Shown here piece after piece: positions 1 to 10,891 of a stretch of 64,000 nt of DNA. The DNA comes from Squalus acanthias. Its lineage: Eukaryota. Within the stretch, counting starts at the first letter, position 1. Each line of letters opens with the position of its first letter. A program made the position numbers and the translations under genes. The stretch covers positions 120,034,001-120,098,000 of the forward strand of contig CM059431.1 of assembly GCA_030390025.1 (NCBI GenBank), given 5' to 3'. The notes beneath the pieces are model-generated. The model worked only from the letters and a program-made list of their open reading frames with translations. It was not told the DNA's origin and ran no database searches.

Positions 1-589
1 GTTACATCTACCCCAGAATCTTATGCACCAGCCGTCATGATATAATGAGCTTAAATTCTTAACCTTTTAAGATATTTTTGAAAGCAGTTCTTTTGATGGC
101 CAAGTGGCACTTGTGAAATAGTTCTGGTGCATTTCATGACTAATGAATGCAGTCATAGCCATGTTTGATGTGGAAATTGTGCTTTTCTTTAATGACTCAT
201 TTATGTACAGTTTGCATAAAAGAGGCAAGTGCCTCCAGCCTGGAAGCAGCATTCAGTGACTGGCCCTCATTATTAAGAGTCAACTCTGATTGCTTCAAAC
301 AAGGCAAACGTCTATCAGTTTAATGAACGATCATTGTAAGGATGAATGTATTTGTTTATGTTAGTTACACAGACAATATTACATTTATCTTGTTACCAAA
401 AATATATTTACCAGCTTTTATGGCTAATAAAAACAAATTCTAGAATTAAGATATAAAAATAATCATGATACAATCAGATACATTGGCCTGTATTTTCCTT
501 TGCTATCCCATACCAAATCGGGTGACATAGTGGCAAAAACAGCGGAAAATTTTTTGGTAGAAAGGCCGAGTGCCACCTCCCCACCCCGG

Positions 590-680
590 CCTTGACTTTC
601 CTCCCCATCCTCACCTTGACTTTCCTCCCCACTCGACCTTGATTTTCCTTCCCACTGCGGACTTGATTTTCCTCTCACGT
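590..680. repeat. ~24-bp pyrimidine-rich minisatellite, 4 degenerate copies
   Basis: Recurring cttgaYtttccYY unit near 590, 614, 638 and 661. Confidence 0.7.
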
Positions 681-1045
681 CCAAGCTGCTGCTACTGGCA
701 GCCCCTTCCCCGCCCATCGTATGCAAATACCGGCAATGGATGGGGCCCAGGTTCACGGCTCACATTCTTCCCAACCGCCTCTTTTACCATTGCTTTCTGG
801 GTTGGCCTGGTGAAAGATGGTGATAAGCTCAGAATAGTGGCAGTAATGGCCCCAAATGTTGTAAGGGAGAGGAGCCAAGTGCCTATGGGCAAGAAATTGG
901 GCTCGGTTGCACCCATTTTTTGGGCGCTACGATTGCCCTTAGGATTCCAAAATGGCATCCGTGGCACCGCGCACTCTTCTGATGTGAAGCGCACTGGACA
1001 CCATCTTGGTAAAGGCATTAGAGTGCACACAGTTAGCCTCCGACA

Positions 1046-2768
1046 GAACATAAGAACATAAGAAATAGGAGCAGGAGTAGGCCAATCGGCCCTTCGAGCC
1101 TGCTCCGCCATTCAATAAGATCATGGCTGATCTGATCCTCACCTCAAATCTAAAGAACACAAGAAGTAGGAGCAGGACCTGGCCACTCAGCCCCTGGGCC
1201 CACTACGCCACCCACAGGGCCTCGACCGATCCGAACTCAGCCTCATGTCCAATTTCCTGCCCGCTCCCCATAACCCCTAATTCCCTTTACTTCTAGGAAA
1301 CTGTCTATTTCTGTTTTAAATTTATTTAATGATGTAGCTTCCACAGCTTCCTGGGGCAGCAAATTCCACAGACCTACTACCCTCTGAGTGCAGAAGTTTC
1401 TCCTCATCTCAGTTTTGAAAGAGCAGCCCCTTATTCTAAGATTATGCCCCCTAGTTCTAGTTTCACCCATCCTTGGGAACATCCTTACCGCATCCACCCG
1501 ATCAAGCCCCTTCACAATCTTATATGTTTCAATAAGATCGCCTCTCACTCTTCTGAACTCCAATGAGTAGAGTCCCAATCTACTTAACCTCTCCTCATAT
1601 GTCCACCCCCTCATCCCGGGGATTAACCGAGTGAACCTTCTTTGTACTGCCTCGAGAGCAAGTATGTCTTTTCTTAAGTATGGACACCAAAACTGTATGC
1701 AGTATTCCAGGTGCGGTCTCACCAATACCTTATATAACTGCAGCAATACCTCCCTGTTTTTATAATCTATCCCCCTAGCAATAAAAGTCAACATTCCGTT
1801 GGCCTTCTTGATCACCTGCTGCACCTGCATACTAACTTTTTGATTTTCTTGCACTAGGACCCCCAGATCCCTTTGTACTGCAGTACTTTCCAGTTTCTCG
1901 CCATTAAGATAATAACTTGCTCTCTGATTTTTCCTGCCAAAGTGCATAACCTCACATTTTCCAATATTGTATTGCATCTGCCAAATCTCCGCCCACTCAC
2001 CCAGCCTGTCTATATCCCCTTGTAGGTTTTTTATGTCCTCCTCACTTTCTACTTTCCCTCCCATCTTTGTATCATCTGCAAACTTTGATATGTTACACTC
2101 GGTCCCCCCCTCCAAATCGTTAATATAGATTGTAAAGAGTTGGGGACCCAGCACTGACCCCTGCGGAACACCACTGGCTACTGGTTGCCAGTCCGAGAAT
2201 GAACCATTTATCCCAACTCTCTGCTCCCTGTTAGATAACCAATCCTCCACCCATGCCAGAATATTCCCCCCAATCCAGTGATTTTTTATCTTGAGCAATA
2301 ATCTTTTATGTGGCACCTTGTCGAATGCCTTCTGGAAGTCTAAATACACTACGTCCATTGGTTCCCCTTTATCCACCCTGTACGTTATGTCCTCAAAGAA
2401 CTCAAGCAAATTTGTCAGACATGACTTCCCCTTCATAAAGCCATGCTGACTTTGTCCTATTAAATTATGTTTATCTAAATGTTCCGTTACTGTCTCCTTA
2501 ATAATAGACTCCAAAATTTACCCACCACAGATGTTAGGCTAACTGGTCTATAATTTCCAGCCTTCTGCCTACTACCCTTTTTAAATAAGGGTGTTACATT
2601 AGCAGTTTTCCAATCTGCCGGGACCTTTGCTGAGTCCAGGGAATTTTGGAAAATTATTACCAAAGCATCCACAATCCCTACTGCCACTTCCCTCAAGACC
2701 CTAGGATGTAAGCCATCAGGTCCAGGGGATTTATCCGCCTTGAGTCCCATTATTTTACTGAGTACCAA
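1046..2768 (-). mobile_element. 5'-truncated CR1 LINE (ORF2 reverse transcriptase and 3' UTR)
   Basis: ORFs 2487..2768 and 1243..2514 (frameshifted): KSPGPDG, NYRPVSLTS, YLDFQKAFDKV, GVPQGSVLGP, FADD; agaacata-repeat 3' tail at 1046. Confidence 0.95.
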
Positions 2769-3135
2769 TATAACATACCAAGAAGTATGCAGAGCAGGCA
2801 GATCATGATGTCAATCAACGTGCAATGCTAATTTGACATCAGCGCTGCCATTTTGCGGCTCAACGCTCCTGCCGACGCCAACTCTTAACCTTGCACAGCT
2901 GAACACGCGTTAAGCAGCAGGAAAGGACCCCCTACCAGCGCTATTTTAAGGGATCATCGACTACTTAAAGGTTCATTGCTGGTTGATTTCTTCTGGCTGT
3001 TGCTACAATTATACATGTTTTTGGTGCTTTCCATAGTTGTTTCAAGTTTCAAAAGTCTGCAGGGAGTGGTGTGACAGGTGCTGAAGTATTTTTTTGCTGA
3101 CTTCAAGGCTCCTGCGCAATCCAGTTACTCCCAGA

Positions 3136-4290
3136 CGTGAGTGCACTAGTAGGTCTTCCTCTTGGAATAGAAGCATGACTGGGAGAATGAAAGAGGCCAT
3201 GCAGAGCAGGACAAGCTGCTAGAAGAGGGAGGAGGAGGAGGGGGAGAAGGGCTCTCAGCAGGAGACCATACCGTCCAAGGTGTTCAGGGTGCAATTGTCC
3301 TATCTGACCCTCACTCAGGAGGTCATCACTGAAATCTGCCCACTGCTGCAGCCACAACTAACAACCACAGAACAGGGCAAGGACTGCATTGCAAGTAGCT
3401 GTGACGGCGACCATGGCTATGAATTTTTATGGATCTGGTTCCTCCCAGGCTGGTGCTGGAAACATCTTGCAGTTTGCCATCCGCTGTTGCATAATGGAGG
3501 TCACTGAAGCTCTCTATTCAAAGAGAGCTAACTTCATTTCATTCCCTCTTGCCAGAGATAAGCAGGCAGAGCAAGCACGAAGATTTGCAAGGTTTGCAAG
3601 GTTTCCCCATGGTGCAGGGTGCAATTGATTGCGCGCACATTGCTTTGTGGGTGCCGCATGTCAACTCTGCCATGTACCGGAACTGAAAGGGTTTCCACTC
3701 TCTCAACATCCAGCTGGTGTGTGACCATAGGCCGCGCATCATGCAGGGCAATGCCCGATATCCTGGCAACAGTCATAATGCCTTCAATCCACGCAGTCCG
3801 CTGTGCCAGCTGTATTTCAGCCACCAATGGTGGCTACTGGGTGACAAGGGCTATCCACTGACGACATGGCTCATGACTCTGGTTCACAACCCACGTACAT
3901 GTGTGCAGCATGCATACAATGAGAGCCATGCTACCACAAGAAATGTAATATAGCAGACCATGGATGTGCTGACACAATGATTCATTCCGCTGCCTGGACC
4001 GCTCTGGAGGAGCCCTGCAGTACTCACTATTTGTAGTGGAATGCTTCATGCTGCACAACCTTGCCATCATGAGAGGATTGCCCTGCCACCACCTATCAGG
4101 TGAGAAGCTGAGGAGCAGGACGCGAGGAGGAGTGGAGGAGCAGAGGAGCAGAAGGAAGAGGAGGACGTGGAAGAGGAGGAAGAGAGGGAGGCAGAAGATG
4201 AGGAAGAGGAAGGGAGGCAGCAACCTAGACACTTACTTTCTGCCTGCGCAGTACATGAAGAACTCATTCAAGTACGATATCATTAACCTC
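3136..4290 (+). pseudogene. Harbinger (HARBI1-like) DDE transposase, disrupted
   Basis: Motifs across frames: GAIDCAHIAL, YPGNSHNAF, LLGDKGYPLTTWLMT, YNESHATTRNVI, CFMLHNLAI, then purine-rich acidic tail; stops and frameshifts. Confidence 0.85.
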
Positions 4291-4489
4291 AACCCCAATT
4301 ACCCATTCACCAACAGTCCCACACTCCTTACCTTCCCTCTGTCACTGACTATCACATTTTCCTCTCGGCCACAATGCAAAAATAAAAATCAACACAAAAT
4401 AAACATTGCAAAACAAATTTATAAATGAAATCATGACATATTGCATACAAACTTAAACAAATCACCCTTGTGCATTCCCTCAGTGCCTG

Positions 4490-5522
4490 TCTTTCATGTG
4501 CCTTTTCCTGTCCTAGTGCTCCTACGCAGTGTTAGCCCAGTGGATGCAGCATGGCTGGTGGAAGGCTGCTGAATTTCAGTGGAGGAAACTGCAGATGGCC
4601 TTGGAGGACAACCTCGAGTAGCTCTGGGCCTAGAAGGCCCAGCTTCAGACGGCATCATCTCAACATGGGCAGCAGCTGTCTGGGCTGGTTAGCTGACAAG
4701 CTACAGCAAGGGCACTGGCGGAGTAGCAGGGGTGGGAACACGAATGCTGTCATCATGAGAGAGGACAGCAGGCTCGTGCTCCATGGAGCCACTGCCACTC
4801 CCCGGGGCGGCGCTTCTGCAATCCTAGTAATCTGTTGGAGGACAGGTTGATGAACTACTGTGACACCCTGCAAGCCCCTGTGAACACTGGTATCCACAGC
4901 CATGATGGCAGCAGTCTGAGCTTGCATGGCAACAAGCTGACCTTGCTTGACTTCAGTCTGAGTTTCCATTGCAGCACTCAGACTTCTGGTGGAAGCTACT
5001 TGTACTGCAATGGAAGCTGAAACATCGGCCAACAGACGCTGCATCATGGTTGGGTCCACAAGTGTATTGATGGAATGGGCCACCAGTTCCATGCTGGAAG
5101 GGATGGGCTCCAAACTATGCGCAATACCCTGTGCCAAGTTGGTGCTGGACACCTCCATGCTCCTTGACATTGAACACAGGCTTTCTGGCAGGCTTCCCAA
5201 TGCACCAAGCATTTTGTTGTGTACACCCATCAGCCTTCATCTGTAGCCTGGCCCATTAAAGTCCTCATCTGAGTCCTCTGCAGCAGAACTCATGTGCGAC
5301 CTTGGTCCAGCGGGCTGGCACCTGCGCTATCCTTGCCCCCTGCCCTGGCTGCAGCGCACTTGTGCCCGATGTCTCACCACATGCCGATCCCACCTCTAAT
5401 CTATCCTCAAAAATACGCGCAGTGTCAGTATCTGTGCTGGTAGCTGCTAGTGTGAAATCAAGTGATGGTGTGTTTTCATCATCACTCTCTTCCTGCCTAG
5501 CCAGATTGCAATTCTTGGGTAA
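4490..5522 (-). pseudogene. Last exon of Harbinger Myb/SANT-like partner gene
   Basis: ORFs 5265..5543 and 4655..5230 (acidic then coiled-coil-like); acceptor ctttcag at 5523-5529; convergent with the transposase. Confidence 0.65.
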
Positions 5523-5560
5523 CTGAAAGGAAAAAAGACACAAGGGTAAGGTTGTGGTGA

Positions 5561-6689
5561 TGTGAAGGAAAAGCCATATAACCTATTCAGAAAAATACAC
5601 TGTCTCATGAAAGAATTCTGGCCTTATTAAAACATGACAAACTGGGTTTGGAAATTTAGAAACCTAACTATGAAAAAGCTGTGAAAGCATTCTGGCTATT
5701 GAGATAAGGTAGTTGTTGACCCTGAATAAATAACCTTATTGAAACAGAAGGTTAACGGCTCTGGCAGGCTGACCTTTGGGAATGAAACAATGGTTCACCC
5801 TGGATAAGGTGTTCTAATTTACACTTTGTAAAGAACCACAAACATCTGCCTTCGTAAAAATGACACCAAGTAAAAAACATACCTGCCGTCACACCATTTT
5901 TTATGGTAAACTTAGAACACCTAGAAAGGAGACATAATTCTGCAATGCTACCAGCTGAGGTGACTGTAAGAATTGCAGGGGTTGGCAGAAAAATGACTAG
6001 AGATAATTAGCTTACATCTGCAGAAAACTTCAAAGGAAATACCACTGGAAAAGGGTTTAAATATTGAACTATCATATGGGATAGTAGACTCGCTTTAATC
6101 GGGCAGAGCAATTCTCGGCTTCAGAGGCGGCTCTGTAAGTCTCCAACTCTTTGTACCTTGGGGATCAAAGGTATTTAATTTTGGTGGATATCCTGTAGAA
6201 CTTTGAGAACTGTAAAACTGTAGCGAAGTTAAGATTTGAAAGTAAGGTTCTCTGATAATAAGATTGTAAACTTTCTCTTTTTGAAACTGTTAATGTTGCG
6301 ATTGACTCACCAACTGTAAACTGCATGTCGGTTCTTTAATAAATCTATATATTTTTAGAATTGTCTCACATAAGACTTCTGTATCAAACTCGCAAACTCA
6401 ATCTCTGTACACTCTTTGGTGAGGAGTTGCAGAATTCTGGGGGAGTATTCCAGACCCTCATAATATCCGGAACGTTACAGTCTAGCTAAACTTATTAAAT
6501 GTGCTATCTGGAGGATAGTAACATTTTCAGGTTGTTCCTTTCCTTTAGGAGAGATAGTCCAGACCTTTAGATGCAATTACGCGTCTTTAGGATTCAGCTA
6601 CTTCAAGCTTTAGTTGAAAGTGAATGTCTGAGGAATACGCCTGATCCGGGGTAGCCCTAAAGGGGCTAGGACTAGTAATTATCCCTTCA
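5561..6689 (+). mobile_element. Solo LTR, family B copy 1 (1129 bp), in intron 2 of the Harbinger Myb-like gene
   Basis: TGTGAAGG...CCTTCA termini, 4-bp TSD GTGA (5557-5560 and 6690-6693), AATAAA near 6338; homologous to 23388-26663 in the opposite orientation. Confidence 0.85.
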
Positions 6690-6859
6690 GTGAGGGGAGA
6701 AGGGGAAAAGTAAGAGGTGCATTCTTAAACCATCTGCAGTTTGTAATTTAGAAGAGAGTGTGGGATGATGGGGAAGTGGGATGTGAGAAGAAGGATTATG
6801 TATGAGGATACCATATTCTTTGATGGTTTCAGCCCTGCCACAGGCCACGGCCTCAGCAA

Positions 6860-8481
6860 TGTAAGGGTTTGGACGTGTCTCTCAGAGACGGTGCTGGTGC
6901 GAGGTTAGGCCTTCGTTGCCTAATACTATTGCTTGCTCTGGTCTCCGGCCAGCCCTTTTGCAATAAGCACCTGTGAGTGATTCGACCCACTCACCCTTAT
7001 GGTTCTAACACTGGACTTAGGTGCAGGGAGCAGTAATGCAGAGAAAACTCAAATAGACCCGGTTGAATAGTACGAAATGGAAATCTTTATTGCATAGCGT
7101 CCAAAATCATGAAGTACATGTCATAGGCGCAAATTAACGAGAGTACAAGTATACATACATTCATAAAGCTTGGTCTATGGAAATGAAGAATGAACGGCAC
7201 ATCGTAAAAAGGGGAACACATTATACTTTAACCTTAATAAAACCACCCTCCCTTAACAATACCTACACTACGTCTAGATTTGTAGGATCGGGTAACATGC
7301 TCACCACTCGTGTTACTTCGGAGAATTTTAAAGTGAGGCACTCGGCTCGTTTCGCTGCAGCGCCTGACTGTCACGTGTTTGGAAGGGTCTCTGTACCCCA
7401 CTTGTTTATTTTCGCTGCTGCGACAAGCAGGCCAGACTCCCTGTTGTCATGAAGAACTCGACAGAACTCGGAAACGTTTGTAAAATTCAAAGAAGAGTCT
7501 TCCTGTGCTCGACACTGGTTGTCGGTAGACTTCAATGAAAAGTTCTTTATTTATATTTTCGGGCGCGGTCGGGGTTTACTGACCGTGGCGGCACGTGGAT
7601 TCTTCTCCTCTTCTTCTCGTCTCGTCTCGTCTCTTCGGGCCTCCGGGTCCAGACACCGTTTACCGACACTCGGGATGGTGCACCCTGTTACTTGCCCTTG
7701 TCGGGGCAGCTCGTTCCGATTGAGCTCCACCCAACATCCGAATAACCGACCAGTACGGCTAAAAGTCAAGAGTCAACAAAGTCCAGCCCTAAAGAAGAGC
7801 TTCAGCCAGCGATCGAGCGAGTCAAGGGAATAAGAGAGCGATGGACATTTGTTCACTATAGTTATAGTGATGTGTTCCCTTATCTCCCGCTCAAATCTTA
7901 ATGTTTGTCCTTTGTGTAATACTGGTGCACAAAACTCCCAGCATGGGGCGGTTGTCTTCTTTAACGGGTTTCGGTAGCACCTGAAACTGGCCAACTATCC
8001 GTTAATGTTTTCCCCATTGTTGACCCAGCCAGGATGTGTACGAATCGTCTCCCTGACTGGTTTTGGGGGCCCCCGAATACTTGCTTAATCACCCGTCAAT
8101 GTCTCTCTCATTGTAGAGCCGGGGGGGTATTTGTGTATTGATGTGTCTGGATGGGCCTTCGATTGCCCAGTACAATGGTCCTTACTTGTGCATGAAAATG
8201 ATTCCAGCACTTATATCTTTGCTATTGTTCCAAATGCAAACGGGTTGCATCCTGTCTTTATCAATGTTTACCGAGTATGATCCAATCTTATATTGAATGT
8301 TTATTCGACGCCATTTTGTCTGCCCACTGTGTCTCTGGAAGCTTCTGCCACGATGCTCAGCGGCCATTTTACAGGCTTCTGTGTCCTTTATTATCAGGAC
8401 AGCATTTTGTTTAATAAAACTGATCAAACGAATCTGTTTCTCTTATGTTATTTCGAATCGCGATAATTGCGAAACTTTACA
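6860..8481 (-). repeat. 3' LTR (1622 bp)
   Basis: Near-identical to 13902-15527; on - a TATAAATA near 7549-7556 and AATAAA at 7086-7091. Confidence 0.95.
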
Positions 8482-8493
8482 GTCCCTCCTGTT
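8482..8493 (-). promoter_or_regulatory. Polypurine tract
   Basis: Minus strand aacaggagggac immediately before the 3' LTR TGT. Confidence 0.65.
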
Positions 8494-8609
8494 GATGCAA
8501 ATAACTCTGCTTATCGTATCAATTAAAAATTGTGGTGAGCAAAATTATCCCAATTCTCCACATCCAAACACTCCCGGAAATTAAACTATCTATGGCCTCC
8601 ATGCAGTCC

Positions 8610-10620
8610 TCATTTCCCAGAGAAAATTACATTGTCTAAACTTGGACAAACCGTAGGCATCATTGCCTTTAAACTTAAACTTACAATTCGCTGTTGTGCC
8701 ACTTGAACTTCAGCCCTGGGTTTAAAACAGAAACTGCTGTCACTCACCGGACACCGGCTGTGCTGTCCATGCTGGTAGTGTTGCACTGCAGTGGTGACGC
8801 AATACGTTCCACCCCCTATGTATGCCACCTGTGGGGGCACATGATCTTGTGTCATTGCTTCCATGGTGCAATTCATGGGCTTCGCGCCAGCCGTTCTGAA
8901 CCCGCATTGTGGTGTTAAAAAGGCATTCAAGTGCTGGGGACACAGTATGATGTGTGCTCCCCGGCCACGACAACCCGATAGGTCGGTACCTGTCATCGTT
9001 TGCTCCCAGCGGATGACGTAAGGTGGGACCGCTGCGTAGCGAATGTGGGCTCCCCCCTGAATGACACCAATGTTCTCCACCCGGTACACCGGGGCGGGCT
9101 TTGCTGTGTCGCCCAACACCGGCATCCATAGTACTATACCCATGATGGTATGATTTGACTGTCCGCAGTCCACTGGGACTGGGTATGCCTCTGAGGCTAG
9201 CCTGAGCTGGCACGGGCTTAATGCGTTCTGAAAAGGGTGGAGCGCCTGCAGGTGTTTGTTACTTATCCAGGACGGGACCAAACCTTGTTTTAAATCCTCC
9301 AAATTACTGCGGCCCTCGCCCAGTAACCACGCCCCGTATAGTACGCACACCTCGTTCTGCGCAGCTTGGTCGGATGCATTCCGATCTTCCCTGTTCAGGG
9401 CATTTACCGTTCTCGCGTGCTTCTCCAGCTCTGCTATAATCTCTTTTAAGTGTAGTGTCATGGCCTGGTGCTCATGTACTTCAGACCCTACAACCTTGTT
9501 TTCGCTTGTGAGGATGCTTTTTAACTGTGTTTTTAAACCGTTGATCTGGGTCTGCAGCTCCACATTGTCTAGAGCGTTGACCACAGACGTTCCCGTATTA
9601 AAAGCAGTGAACACATCGTTCACAACACCCCTTCTTTGTCTCCCCACCTGACCCAAAACTTTGTGTGGTGTGGTGTATAAGCTTGTTTTGTCAACCTCCG
9701 CAAAATCAAACTCATAAAATTGCCTGAACATGTTTGTTAACAGGACCTGGTACAATTGTTCCGTTTCTTTGGGACACCACTCTGGTAAACGCACCTCGGT
9801 GAGATTTAAAATCACCGAGGCCACCGCGTAATGTACCCCTTGATATAGTATCTGGTCCGTTGGCACCAGTACCAGACCATTCCCGGGCCCCTTAGTGGTT
9901 TTAGGGCACCCTTCCTCCTGAGCCAAAGCCACCGGAATCGTGGGTGGAGACTTGCGTGGGCGTGTGATGAGTTCAGTGGCGTTTACCGGGATCGGGGAGA
10001 AAGGAGCTCCGCACCCCCTGGTGCTGACATCCCACCTCATCCCTTTCCCGTCATCCTGCCACTGTCGTAGGAAAAAATATGGATATACCCTTGGGGCAAA
10101 CGTACTTCGATCCCCACATACAAACATATATTCCCTCATCCGGTTCCCACCATTTGTCCCAACAGACTTTCAATTGTCCGTTAGTCCCCGTAATTGTCCG
10201 ATGGGTATTGTTACCCAATCGCTCCCACTCAACCGAGGAATTTCTCATAGTCTTGCTTAACTTCCGTAACCACCACCATCGGCTCAATGGGACCTTCCCA
10301 TTGCATGTCAAACAAATCCTTTTGCCGACGGTGACGCTGATTCTGGGTGCAATGATCCTCACCCTGGGACACAGTAAAGAAGTCTCTTTGTAGGCAAATC
10401 CGGATGCGCTGGAGTAAACCGTTGAATTCGTTCCCAGCCATCCCGGCTACCTTCCCTTGTGGAAATAAGTGGCGGTTTCCTCAGCCTCTCGCTCCCCGGT
10501 CCCATCCGTTGCGATAGGGGCCGTGTCCCCGGAGCAACCGAACACAACGACATCCTTGGTGAGGCCCCGATAGGCCAATCCATATCCGATCGTTGCGAGC
10601 ACTATCAGAATCCTTTCCAT
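8610..10620 (-). pseudogene. env: env-like gene: signal peptide + Ig-like domain + F-type class I fusion glycoprotein; one stop, one frameshift, no TM anchor
   Basis: ATG at 10620 reads MERILIVLATIGYGLA; in-frame TAG at 10447-10449; CLTC...W...DEGIYVC; +1 shift (possibly the A6 run at 10072-10077) into ORF 8610..10139 with furin-like RQRR (9630-9641), heptad region and Cys-rich domain. Confidence 0.8.
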
Positions 10621-10891
10621 ATCTCCTGGTTCCTGTGATCAGATAAAATGATGTAGCCAGCCTCCCAAGAGTCTCTGGCTTTTGTGAAGGGTGAGCGGGT
10701 CCCTTGACCTCGTCTCACGTAAAAAGACATGTATGCTGGATAGACTTTAACTATTCCTATCACTAACTCCCATCATTTTACCATTTACTTATAAAAATTA
10801 AACTACAATCTTACCAAACTTAAAAACACTATAAACTTAAACTTATCCTAAACTTAACTGTACAGCGCCGCCCGTTCCCAGGGCGGCCTAC

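Noticed and set aside
590..680. Short regularly spaced repeats as a CRISPR array
   Set aside because: Degenerate tandem units without unique spacers; eukaryotic context; no cas genes
7177..7833. Plus-strand ORFs (91 and 104 aa) repeated at 14220-14876
   Set aside because: Repeated only because they lie in the LTRs; antisense to the provirus; no recognisable motifs
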